Shown piece after piece: positions 1 through 8,610 of a stretch of 64,000 nucleotides of DNA (position 1 is the stretch's first letter; each line of letters begins with the position of its first letter). The DNA is from a virus. Taxonomy: Duplodnaviria; Heunggongvirae; Uroviricota; Caudoviricetes. The translations under genes were made by a program, and so were the position numbers. Location: positions 1-64,000 of the IMG/VR virus record IMGVR_UViG_3300045963_000153. One strand, 5' to 3'. Below the pieces are notes generated by a model. The model worked only from the letters and a program-made list of their open reading frames with translations. It was not told the origin of the DNA and did no database searches.

Positions 1-446
1 GAAGCTGCTGCGACTTTTGCTGCTGGTGCAACATAAGTTTTTGCTGGAGCTTGGCGACCCATAGCACTTTCGCCATCATCATCGACTGCTCCAATGTTTA
101 AAAATGATTGAAGACCATAACGTCTAGCATAACTAATTCCGCTACCTTGCCCTTGTGGATCGTTAGCTTTTGCATATACAATCTCTGTTTGACTAGATAA
201 AAACTCTCCAGATGAATGTAATAGTGTTGTTTCAACAAAAGATTTTCCTTCATTAAAAATCGTTGGTTGTAATACTGTAATATTATTTTTATTTAAAACT
301 GGAATACAAGCTTCTCTAACAGAATTTAAATCAGCAAATTTTGATTTAAAAAAAGGATTTGCCGATCCTTTAACTGCATCTCCCATATCTGTTTGAGCTT
401 TCAATAAATCTAAAGCTAATTTACTAATTGTTTCACTTTTTTTCAT
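1..446 (-). CDS. ERF-family single-strand annealing protein (N-terminal part; C-terminus lies beyond the window edge)
   Basis: Minus-strand ATG at 446 preceded by a purine-rich RBS. The translation MKKSETISKLALDLLKAQTDMGDAVKGSANPFFKSKFADLNSVREA... matches the ERF N-terminal signature (KAQ..NP.F.SKYADL..V). The frame stays open to position 1. Confidence 0.5.
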   Translation of the reverse strand, partial: MKKSETISKLALDLLKAQTDMGDAVKGSANPFFKSKFADLNSVREACIPVLNKNNITVLQPTIFNEGKSFVETTLLHSSGEFLSSQTEIVYAKANDPQGQGSGISYARRYGLQSFLNIGAVDDDGESAMGRQAPAKTYVAPAAKVAAA

Positions 447-1008
447 TTTTCTTTCCTTTCACAATTTTACTAACAGTATTTCTGTCAGCATTAAAACTAC
501 GAGCAATTTCGTTAATTTTAAATCCTAATTTATACAATTCTTGCATATCTATACGAGATTGTAAATTAAATTTATAGTACCCATTAGATTTAAATAATTT
601 AATATCTCTGGCATGTTGTAGATTTTCTTGTCTAGTCATCCATTCTAAATTATATAAACTATTATCTTCTTTATTACCACTAATATGATTAACTTCAAAA
701 ATATAGTTAGAATTATCAAAATGTGATAAAAAGGTTTCGGCTACTAATCTATGATTAAAAACAGAACGTCTACCTCTTCCATCATTAAATTTAACATTTA
801 CCATATTATAATTATTACGATTTTTATAACTTTTAAAAATTGTTCCAGTTATTGAATTTTTAACATTACCATAATTAGAAACTAAAATATTATTACAATT
901 AGGATGAAAAATATATATTTCTTTTTCTTTTGGAAAAAGATTAATAATGTTATTTCTAACACTATTTCTATTATTTTTATCTAATGCGGTAATAGTAGAA
1001 TATTTCAT
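433..1008 (-). CDS. HNH homing endonuclease with C-terminal helix-turn-helix
   Basis: NHRLVAETF....EVNHISGNKEDNSLYNLEWMTRQEN is an HNH_3-like motif. The C-terminal IARSFNADRNTVSKIVKG is a DNA-binding HTH. Confidence 0.7.
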   Translation of the reverse strand: MKYSTITALDKNNRNSVRNNIINLFPKEKEIYIFHPNCNNILVSNYGNVKNSITGTIFKSYKNRNNYNMVNVKFNDGRGRRSVFNHRLVAETFLSHFDNSNYIFEVNHISGNKEDNSLYNLEWMTRQENLQHARDIKLFKSNGYYKFNLQSRIDMQELYKLGFKINEIARSFNADRNTVSKIVKGKKNEKK

Positions 1009-1011
1009 ATT

Positions 1012-1275
1012 TTATAGAACATCTAAACCATTAGACAAGAGAATTACATGTAATCTTTCTTGAATAATGAATTTATCTGTATTGCTTTCAATGATACGGA
1101 TCTCACCCGTTTCTTTTGAATCTTGATTAAATGGAATTTCAATAACATGCCATTTACCGTCAGCTTCATATAATGAATATGCATTATTATTATAAATTAC
1201 TGCTGGTTTTGATGATACTAGAGTTTCTTCTAGTGGTTGAGTTACTTTAAACGTTTTTACTTCTTTTTGTGCCAT
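1012..1275 (-). CDS. hypothetical protein (87 aa, starts MAQKEVKTF)
   Basis: The internal ATG has an AAGGAAAA RBS 5 nt upstream. The N-terminal extension of the listed 141-aa ORF looks like frame read-through. Confidence 0.4.
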   Translation of the reverse strand: MAQKEVKTFKVTQPLEETLVSSKPAVIYNNNAYSLYEADGKWHVIEIPFNQDSKETGEIRIIESNTDKFIIQERLHVILLSNGLDVL

Positions 1276-1288
1276 TTGATTTTCCTTA

Positions 1289-1468
1289 TTATTTAATAAA
1301 TTTAAAAACGCTAATTTTTTTAACCATAACATGTGTACCTTCAGCATCAACAAAAAAACTAGTTGCATCACCAAATTGCACACGTTCTTTAAACTCGTCT
1401 TCAGTTCCGTTAAAATTGATGATATATTTTTTTCCATTCTCTAATTCCAATTCTGCTTTAATATTCAT
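1289..1468 (-). CDS. hypothetical small protein (59 aa, MNIKAELELENGKKY...)
   Basis: Short ORF with an ATGA overlap onto the nadV stop. It was not in the ORF track because it is under 60 aa. Confidence 0.3.
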   Translation of the reverse strand: MNIKAELELENGKKYIINFNGTEDEFKERVQFGDATSFFVDAEGTHVMVKKISVFKFIK

Positions 1469-2934
1469 ACTAATTGTTCCTTTAATCGATTACGAATCGT
1501 ACTGAGAGATTCATCTACAAGTAGTTTACCATCTTTAAAGATTTCTACAAGTAAATTTCCTTCAATACTATCATTTTTTGTTAATCCATCTAAACATACG
1601 ATTTGATTGTTGTTTTTAACAACAGCAACACGACCACGTTTAGAATTTTTTGTTCCATCATCGGTTTTTGGTGCTTTAAAAATTGCTTTCTCATCTCCAT
1701 TAATAGTGACTGAAGTGGCTTTCATTGCAAAACCAAATGTATCCCTAGTATTAAATTGATAAGTAAAACTACCAACGCCAAAAACAATATTTGTACTACA
1801 AAATCCTTTTGACTTAAGACCTTCACAAATTTCTTGTGCTCTCTTAAGAGTAATACTATCGCCATAAATAGCACCAATATGAGAGTCAAGAAGTTTATAA
1901 CTTGAAGCATTTAATGTTCCTCCAAATGTATCATATAAACATTCAATAAGACCTTTTTTAGCAAATTCATTATCACTATTAACATCACCACAGACAATTT
2001 TTACTGGATCTCCACTGTCTGGACGAATAACAAGTTTACCATCTCTCGCCATAATAATATCTTTAATTTGTGGTAAAACATTACCAACAATATTCCAAAA
2101 ATCCCAAGTATCTGATACTACCGAAAGAATACCTTTTGGATGTACTTCTGTTAATAAACGAAGAAACGTTTGTTTCTCATCAGAACCACCAGCAGACATT
2201 ACAGAGTGTTCGGTGGCAAACACTGAAGTTCCAACAAGTTCCTTTTCAACATTAGCATTATAAAATTCTTCTGCTCCAAGGATAGCTGGAATTGTATCTG
2301 TTCCAGCAAATGAAACTAAATGTCCAAGACCACTATTGATTGAACTGTTTACTGAACTCATTCCTCGCATAGCAAAATCGTGTGCTTGAAAATCAATAAA
2401 TCCAAGATCTCCACCAGTTTGTTTTGCATAATTAGTGAGAAGTTTTCTGTATTGATGTGCAATAGTTGCTGATGTCGATGATTGCCAAAGCTCACAAGAA
2501 ATTAATGTTTCAAGAAAGTTTGTTAACCAAAAAAATCTAGAATCTGTATTTTCAATAGTCATCATAGGAACACGAATTGGGCATAGTGTCCCTTCTGGAA
2601 GTGCTTTAATTGATAGTGGTAAATAACCTAAATCATGTAACTCTTCAATATGTTTAGTTTCTGGGTTAGCATCAAAAAATGCATTCTTCATGATACGAAC
2701 ATAATTTGCAATTACTTGTTCTTTTGGTTGACTAAAAAAATTATTATTAAATTCACCAATCAAAAATTCTTTAATTAACTTTTGTTGACCAAAACTTACA
2801 ACACCATCCACGTTAGGAATTAGTGATTGTCTTGGAGTCCAAGTGGAATAAACAACTTCTGTTCCTGTTGGATATTGTTGACGATGATGAAGCTTATATG
2901 CATCTGCTAATAACATTACCTGTGTGTTTTTCAT
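1465..2934 (-). CDS. nadV: nicotinamide phosphoribosyltransferase family protein (NAMPT/NadV-like; Namat candidate)
   Basis: N-terminal LLADAYKLHHRQQYP matches NAMPT LLATDSYKVTHYKQYP. Further family matches are FWLTNFLETL, HDFAMRGMSS, GTDT, VVSDTWD, RPDSGDP and YGDSIT. Confidence 0.85.
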   Translation of the reverse strand: MKNTQVMLLADAYKLHHRQQYPTGTEVVYSTWTPRQSLIPNVDGVVSFGQQKLIKEFLIGEFNNNFFSQPKEQVIANYVRIMKNAFFDANPETKHIEELHDLGYLPLSIKALPEGTLCPIRVPMMTIENTDSRFFWLTNFLETLISCELWQSSTSATIAHQYRKLLTNYAKQTGGDLGFIDFQAHDFAMRGMSSVNSSINSGLGHLVSFAGTDTIPAILGAEEFYNANVEKELVGTSVFATEHSVMSAGGSDEKQTFLRLLTEVHPKGILSVVSDTWDFWNIVGNVLPQIKDIIMARDGKLVIRPDSGDPVKIVCGDVNSDNEFAKKGLIECLYDTFGGTLNASSYKLLDSHIGAIYGDSITLKRAQEICEGLKSKGFCSTNIVFGVGSFTYQFNTRDTFGFAMKATSVTINGDEKAIFKAPKTDDGTKNSKRGRVAVVKNNNQIVCLDGLTKNDSIEGNLLVEIFKDGKLLVDESLSTIRNRLKEQLV

Positions 2935-2935
2935 T

Positions 2936-3391
2936 CTATTCCTCTTTCATGTTTGGATCGCAAATAGTAATACTAATCATATACCTTTTACAAAGTAAAG
3001 TCAATAGTTTCTCTGTTTCTTCCCAATTTACTTTAAACCCACCACTATTAATTTTTGGCATATAAAAATTCTCTTTAAATATTATTGAGTTAAAGAAAGA
3101 ATTTAATGCCAAACCCGTATAAAAATTAATTGAATATGGATCGTCTGGATTTTGACTATCTCCGTTAGAAACATATAAGTTAACTAACCCAAACTCATCG
3201 TAATCATAATAATCATAGGTTCCAAGATCTGAGTATTTACAATATTCTTGATAATCAATAAACATTTTAGGATTAAATTCTTTCAAGGCTTTGGCAACAC
3301 CAGAATCCCATTTTCCCTCGATATTGCAAGATTGGATCAATATACCGTCAGAAGGTACATCCAATACTGACATTTTTTTATAGATTAACAT
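2936..3391 (-). CDS. mini-macro (Macro_2-like) ADP-ribose-binding or processing domain protein
   Basis: ILIQSCNIEGKWDSGVAKALKEFNP resembles the hhh(Q/H)xxNCxGxxGxGhAKxh start of phage mini-macro domains. The first ATG with a purine-rich RBS is at 3391 (MLIYKK); the longer track ORF begins with TTG. Confidence 0.4.
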   Translation of the reverse strand: MLIYKKMSVLDVPSDGILIQSCNIEGKWDSGVAKALKEFNPKMFIDYQEYCKYSDLGTYDYYDYDEFGLVNLYVSNGDSQNPDDPYSINFYTGLALNSFFNSIIFKENFYMPKINSGGFKVNWEETEKLLTLLCKRYMISITICDPNMKEE

Positions 3392-4155
3392 GGTACTTCT
3401 TGTCCTCGACAAATAATTCTATTATAACCAGTCTCTTTTACATCTTTTAATCTATTAGGTTGAATAATATGACTAATATGAAGGTCAATAGACTTACTAA
3501 TAGATTTTAAATCTTTAATAATATTAATAAATGTTGCTCCCCCATCAATAAGGTCATCGCATACAAGAACATTTCCTAACTCAAACTTTTCTGGTATATA
3601 TAACTTCATTTCTAATATCTTGCCAGTAGAAGGATCTCTATGCTTTTCAAAATATCCTTTATCAGCTTTATTAAAAGCAAAAGGAATATGCGTAAACATT
3701 TCAGAGTAGCGAGTTAACGCACCTTTATCTGGAAAAATAATTGTATCGTAGAAATGTTTATTATCTTCAAAATAAATAGCTAACTCATAAGGAAGAATAT
3801 TAATAACATGTGATCGGATTGCTTCAACATTATGAATATCATACGCACTTTTCTCACATTGCATTAATGATAAAACCGTTTTGAAAGTATTTAAAGCAAA
3901 TGTACTACCAGATAAAAACATTGGTTTATCCTGTCGTGCATATGGAAGTGTTGGCATATAAATTCTATGTTCAATATCATTTGCGGATAATACTTGTGAT
4001 AATTGTAATAAATGAAAAATTTCTGCATCATTTTCAAATTTAAAAATAATTTCATTCATTTCTTTATATTTAACAAAATTAGTTAATCCCCAAACTTGAT
4101 GAGTATTATCTGGAAATTTTGTTGGTTTAATTTCATGTCCATTAAGTGTAATCAT
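3385..4155 (-). CDS. ribose-phosphate pyrophosphokinase (Prs) family protein, shortened (Adps-like candidate)
   Basis: MPTLPYARQDK matches the Prs IPYFGYARQDR signature. VLVCDDLIDGGATF matches the PRTase/Prs VLVDDMIDTGGT motif. Length is 256 aa versus about 315 aa for cellular Prs. Confidence 0.8.
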   Translation of the reverse strand: MITLNGHEIKPTKFPDNTHQVWGLTNFVKYKEMNEIIFKFENDAEIFHLLQLSQVLSANDIEHRIYMPTLPYARQDKPMFLSGSTFALNTFKTVLSLMQCEKSAYDIHNVEAIRSHVINILPYELAIYFEDNKHFYDTIIFPDKGALTRYSEMFTHIPFAFNKADKGYFEKHRDPSTGKILEMKLYIPEKFELGNVLVCDDLIDGGATFINIIKDLKSISKSIDLHISHIIQPNRLKDVKETGYNRIICRGQEVPC

Positions 4156-5171
4156 TTTTTCTCCAATTTAATTAATCCGTCCATTGAATTTTTATGGCAT
4201 AAATCACGATACATACATGGTCTGTAATAACCATCATTGTCGCATTTAGTAAGATCTGGAGTGATTTCCCCACTATTAATCTTATCATTTACCATTCCAA
4301 TATTATCTATCACAGCATCAATAAATTCAATAGGAATTTCATCAATAATAATTTGCATTGAACATGTTGGATGTAAAGTCTCTTCCCACTCACCATTGCA
4401 TCGCACAGGTTTTGGTGGATTAGATAAAAGTTGTGCCACTTCATTATCACAAGTTTTAAATTTACCGCCACTACCATCTTTATTACATATTTTGCAGATT
4501 TTCTTTTTGTTCTTTTTAATATTCTTAGAAAATACTACATAACCTGCTAAATTGGTATTGTATTTATCTCCCAATGTATATAGGTATTGTGATAACTGAA
4601 TTGATTCTTTTACAGAGTTTGCTTCATAATCTTTACTAGCGGTTTTAAAATCAAGTACAATCGGTTTATCATAACCTTTAAGCTTAACTACAGCATCTGC
4701 ATAACCTACGTTAGAATCGTCACCGGAGGTTAATAATACTTCTTCCTCTGTGCTATAGACTTTTTCTAATAATGGAATAAAATTGGTAATAAACGAATCA
4801 ATCATTAAGTGTGCTTTAGTTCTTAATGATTCCCAAGGTGTCTCACCAAAATCAATGTCAAAATCTGATTTACTATAAACAACATTTATAGATTCTTTTA
4901 GATTTACTGTAACATTATTAAATTCTTGGAATGTCCATGCTTTATCAAAAAAATCTTTGGCAATAGAAATATCTACCTGATTGTTTGTAAATGCTTGTAG
5001 AATATGTTCAAAGGTTTTACCGATTGCACTACCAAAAATTAATGGACTAGCAATACTTGTTGGTCGAAGACGCTCAACATAGTGGTTATACCAAGCTCTT
5101 TCACAAAATTGAAATTTTTGAATCTGAGAATGCGAAAGACGGTTAGCCATTTTAAAAATCTCCCTTGGCAC
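4152..5171 (-). CDS. PD-(D/E)XK nuclease, Cas4/RecB-like, with C-terminal Cys cluster
   Basis: The N-terminus SHSQIQKFQFCERAWYNHYVERLRP is Cas4/YqaJ-like. GYADAVVKLKGYDKPIVLDFKT is a D...(D/E)xK core. C-terminal cysteines (C...C..C......C) suggest an Fe-S or Zn site. Confidence 0.5.
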   Translation of the reverse strand: MPREIFKMANRLSHSQIQKFQFCERAWYNHYVERLRPTSIASPLIFGSAIGKTFEHILQAFTNNQVDISIAKDFFDKAWTFQEFNNVTVNLKESINVVYSKSDFDIDFGETPWESLRTKAHLMIDSFITNFIPLLEKVYSTEEEVLLTSGDDSNVGYADAVVKLKGYDKPIVLDFKTASKDYEANSVKESIQLSQYLYTLGDKYNTNLAGYVVFSKNIKKNKKKICKICNKDGSGGKFKTCDNEVAQLLSNPPKPVRCNGEWEETLHPTCSMQIIIDEIPIEFIDAVIDNIGMVNDKINSGEITPDLTKCDNDGYYRPCMYRDLCHKNSMDGLIKLEKK

Positions 5172-6045
5172 AAGCTAATGTTACAATTCCACGACTTCTC
5201 CACATATCAACAACTCTCGCCCTATCATCAATAGCAAATTTAATATTTGCAAATCTTGTTTTTATTTCAAAATCTAAAATAATTTCTTTTACTAACTTAT
5301 CATCCCTATGATCTGCACGAGGACGCATCATAAGATAATCATAAAAGAATTTATTATCTTCCAACCATTTTTTAGTTTGTGGTTTTAATGAATCTGGTCT
5401 GCCAGAACAAAAAACAATGAGATTTTTATCTCTCATACTGTTAACAATTTCTCTACACCACTGATTCGGTGTATCTAAATGTATATTATCAAAAAAAGAT
5501 TTCCAATCTGCTTTTTTTCCATCTTTCTTATCAACAAAATATAGCCTGTGGTCTATATTTGCTGCTGTTCCATCGATATCAACCAAAATTGCAGAACTTC
5601 TATTTGTAATGTTTGGATAACGGTATTCAACCGTATCGGCTTCATCAAAAGTAGGACGTTCATATTTACTAAAAAACATATTTAATGCATTTTTAGCATG
5701 TTCTTCGGTTGTAATTGTTGGGTGATCAAGTCTAGCATTACATCTTTTAAGACAAGTCTCATAGTTTTCATGCATAACAATGATTTGTGTTTCGTATCCA
5801 GATTCTTTCGCTGGGTTTAGATAACGAGCACGTTGTTCTTTATTAAAATTAAGACGATCCATAACAATGTTACGTTTACATTCAATAGCAGCTTTAAACA
5901 TAGTCAAATGACCAGATTTAGTATGATCATCCTGATTGATACGAAGAAAATGATTTCCATCAGATTCTAATTGAGATGAAATTGAATGTGCTAATGAAGT
6001 TTTGCCAGCACCGCTTGGACCACAGAGGATAATTAATTTTGGCAT
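5152..6045 (-). CDS. pnk: polynucleotide 5'-kinase / 3'-phosphatase (T4 PseT/Pnk homolog)
   Basis: P-loop ILCGPSGAGKTS at the N-terminus. HAD phosphatase motif ILVDIDGTAAN. The C-terminal FAIDDRARVVDMWRSRGIVTLACAKGDF aligns with T4 Pnk [28 protein letters not shown]. Confidence 0.9.
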   Translation of the reverse strand: MPKLIILCGPSGAGKTSLAHSISSQLESDGNHFLRINQDDHTKSGHLTMFKAAIECKRNIVMDRLNFNKEQRARYLNPAKESGYETQIIVMHENYETCLKRCNARLDHPTITTEEHAKNALNMFFSKYERPTFDEADTVEYRYPNITNRSSAILVDIDGTAANIDHRLYFVDKKDGKKADWKSFFDNIHLDTPNQWCREIVNSMRDKNLIVFCSGRPDSLKPQTKKWLEDNKFFYDYLMMRPRADHRDDKLVKEIILDFEIKTRFANIKFAIDDRARVVDMWRSRGIVTLACAKGDF

Positions 6046-6046
6046 A

Positions 6047-6331
6047 TTATGCCTTACGTCTAAATGTAGGAGCCATATATTCTTCTACTTCATATGGAAC
6101 ACAGTATGAAAAATCAGTTCCATCATAACTATCATAATGACCATTAGCTTGAACAAAAAAAGTTTCTCCGTCTTTACATGTAATTTTATACACATAAGTA
6201 TAAGTTTCTCCCTCACCTTCTCCACCACTTTCAAGAGCATTATGAATTAATACTCCTTTAATTTCTGGCGTAGTATAATGATCATATTGTAATTGTTTTT
6301 GAATTTCATTAATAATTTCGATTTTAGTCAT
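6047..6331 (-). CDS. hypothetical small acidic protein, paralog A (GGEGEGE motif)
   Basis: 94 aa. Shares the GGEG(D/E)G, GxYxSxD and YEVEEY motifs with the adjacent ORF. Confidence 0.4.
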   Translation of the reverse strand: MTKIEIINEIQKQLQYDHYTTPEIKGVLIHNALESGGEGEGETYTYVYKITCKDGETFFVQANGHYDSYDGTDFSYCVPYEVEEYMAPTFRRKA

Positions 6332-6620
6332 GTTTTTTAACCTTTCTCCAATCTTTAACTTCTTTAATATATTCTTCTACTTCATATGCTTTATCATCAA
6401 ACTGGTTACTATCCCAACTACTATAATATCCATCAATACGAAACAAAGCTACTTCTTTTCCTTGAGAAATTTCAAAAATATAAGATAGAGGAGCACCGTC
6501 CCCTTCACCACCGACTTCAGCTTCAATTTGAACGTCATAACCTTCTAATTCAAATTCTTCATAATAACCACCGTCCATCATAAAATTTGATAATTCTTTG
6601 ACAATTAACTTTTTATCCAT
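6324..6620 (-). CDS. hypothetical small acidic protein, paralog B (GGEGDG motif)
   Basis: 98 aa. Tandem paralog of 6047-6331. Confidence 0.4.
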   Translation of the reverse strand: MDKKLIVKELSNFMMDGGYYEEFELEGYDVQIEAEVGGEGDGAPLSYIFEISQGKEVALFRIDGYYSSWDSNQFDDKAYEVEEYIKEVKDWRKVKKHD

Positions 6621-7353
6621 TTTTCATCCCCTTATGTATTTGAAAATAACGTTCGTTCATTTGATTAAATCTTAAATCAAAATAGTTGTCAATTAAAAAT
6701 AAATTAAACCATCCTGTAGTTGAAGAAGTAATTAATTGCTTTAACGCTTTAGCTAATGCAATTTTAGGTGGATATTCTAAATATCTTTCAATTCCAAATA
6801 CATAAGCTTCTTCTAACGCACATTTAAGTTTTTCTTCATGAGTAATTTTGTCCCAAAGTAATTTGCTACACTTTACACTATGTAAATTGGGGCGAATAGT
6901 TTCATGTAATGGTCTATCGCCAAATTTAACAAGTTCATGTAATTCATCGTGATTATATTTTCTAGTAATTTTTGAAGTAAAGAATGTATCTGTATCGCCT
7001 TCAAGTTTTACTTTTTTCTTGTGGTGGATTATAGACCAGTCTTCCAAAAGACTCTCATAAAGCTCATAATTGAGTTTACAGCCCTTATCTTTCATGAACT
7101 TGATATCATGCATAGTCTTATCGAAATTGATATCATAGCAAGCGTGAGAGATTTTAATAGTATATAGGAAGTTTGGATCTACATACCGAGTATCACTATT
7201 AAATTTTACAATATGTTTAAAAGATGGAGCAAAATGGTATTCTATTCCTTTTCCGCTTTTACCTTTACCAATATAGTCAAGATCTTTTGGGTTTCTTGGA
7301 AAATCAGGAAACCAATGTTTTAGTGCTGTGCTACCAAAAATTAAATTATCCAT
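6613..7353 (-). CDS. putative Pol-beta-superfamily nucleotidyltransferase
   Basis: The N-terminal LIFGSTALKHWFPDFPRNPKDLDY fits a GS...D.D nucleotidyltransferase motif. Weak. Confidence 0.35.
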   Translation of the reverse strand: MDNLIFGSTALKHWFPDFPRNPKDLDYIGKGKSGKGIEYHFAPSFKHIVKFNSDTRYVDPNFLYTIKISHACYDINFDKTMHDIKFMKDKGCKLNYELYESLLEDWSIIHHKKKVKLEGDTDTFFTSKITRKYNHDELHELVKFGDRPLHETIRPNLHSVKCSKLLWDKITHEEKLKCALEEAYVFGIERYLEYPPKIALAKALKQLITSSTTGWFNLFLIDNYFDLRFNQMNERYFQIHKGMKNG

Positions 7354-8326
7354 TTTTTACCACTTGAGAATATACATCATATACAAAATTGTCAATCCAA
7401 GTTTGATCTGGGGTTTCTCTAAGTGATGATGTCATTTGTGCTGCTTGAAGTTTTTCTAAACCATCAACAATAATATCGGCAACTTCATTATATTCCATTT
7501 TACCAATTTTAATATTTAAAAGTAATTCTCGATCTGGTCTTGGGAATGTAACAAATGAAGTTTTAAGTAATTCTAATCCTTGTGAATTAACTCTAACCGC
7601 ATGTGAAAGTGCTTTCCAGTCGATTCCTTCGTTTAATTCTGCTTTTAGTGCTCTCTGCCCATATTGATCAAAACGTCTTTGGACTTGATCTCTAGCCATT
7701 TTAACGGAACTATTAAAAGCATAGTGCTTATCACATACTTTTAAAAACATATCTTTAGTTCCAAACTTATTATCTAATTCCACAATAGAAATAAATTCAT
7801 TATTTGAATCTACAACAAAATTAATTAAAGCGATGTGATTTTCATGAAGTTTACTATGTAAATGTAATTTTTCTAAAAAAGAAATAGTATCTCGTAAAGC
7901 AGCAACACGAAATCCTTTTAAACCATATTTTGCTGCTTGCTGTCTTGCATAGCCAATAAATGCTGCAAGATTTTTAGAAATTAATTTTTCTCTATTATTG
8001 TAGATGTCAGAAAAGATATAGAAATCATCTTTATTTAAATATGTAAACATTCCAAGTGGAGCAAATAAAATATCAAGGGAAACAGTTTGACCTTCAGATA
8101 ATAATTTAAGATATCGATCTAAACTAAATATTTCAACGTCAACATCATCTTTGGTGTTACGTTCATTTACCGCTTTTGGTCTTTGTGTACTAATTGTTTT
8201 TTTATAATTACCTAAAACAATTTCACGAGCTTCTGGAATATATATTGATTTTAAATCTAGATCTGAGTTTGGCGTAGAGGTGCCGTAAAGGGCACTTCCA
8301 AATTTAAGTTCAAATAATTTATTCAT
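7346..8326 (-). CDS. Pol-beta-superfamily nucleotidyltransferase (minimal-NTase / RlaP-like)
   Basis: FGSALYGTSTPNSDLDLKSIYI is a canonical hG[GS]x9-13Dh[DE]h nucleotidyltransferase motif near the N-terminus. An alpha-helical C-terminal domain follows. Confidence 0.6.
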   Translation of the reverse strand: MNKLFELKFGSALYGTSTPNSDLDLKSIYIPEAREIVLGNYKKTISTQRPKAVNERNTKDDVDVEIFSLDRYLKLLSEGQTVSLDILFAPLGMFTYLNKDDFYIFSDIYNNREKLISKNLAAFIGYARQQAAKYGLKGFRVAALRDTISFLEKLHLHSKLHENHIALINFVVDSNNEFISIVELDNKFGTKDMFLKVCDKHYAFNSSVKMARDQVQRRFDQYGQRALKAELNEGIDWKALSHAVRVNSQGLELLKTSFVTFPRPDRELLLNIKIGKMEYNEVADIIVDGLEKLQAAQMTSSLRETPDQTWIDNFVYDVYSQVVKNG

Positions 8327-8610
8327 GATTTTAATTTACTACTAACAACTGTACATTCTGTAAAGACCTTTGGTGGTTTTTTATTAGCCATAGCCTTTTG
8401 AAATTCGTGTTCCATTATAGCATTATTATATTCTGAAGCACAAATATTTTGTAAATCTTCAAATATCATTCCATCTGGTATTAAATTTGCTTTTTTTAAT
8501 TCCGTCCAAATTGCTGGTAGATGATTAAAAACAAGCTGTGGGAGTATGTTTGGGTAACCAAGTTTAGTTAAATAATCTATAATTACTTTTTTTGTTTGTT
8601 CTTTATCCAT
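8323..8610 (-). CDS. hypothetical protein
   Basis: 95-aa ORF, operon-packed with ATGA-type overlaps. Confidence 0.35.
   Translation of the reverse strand: MDKEQTKKVIIDYLTKLGYPNILPQLVFNHLPAIWTELKKANLIPDGMIFEDLQNICASEYNNAIMEHEFQKAMANKKPPKVFTECTVVSSKLKS

Noticed and set aside
1276-1437. N-terminal 54 aa of the 141-aa ORF 1012-1437
   Set aside because: A hydrophobic nonsense-like sequence in a frame that overlaps a better small gene (1289-1468). The real gene starts at the internal ATG with a good RBS.
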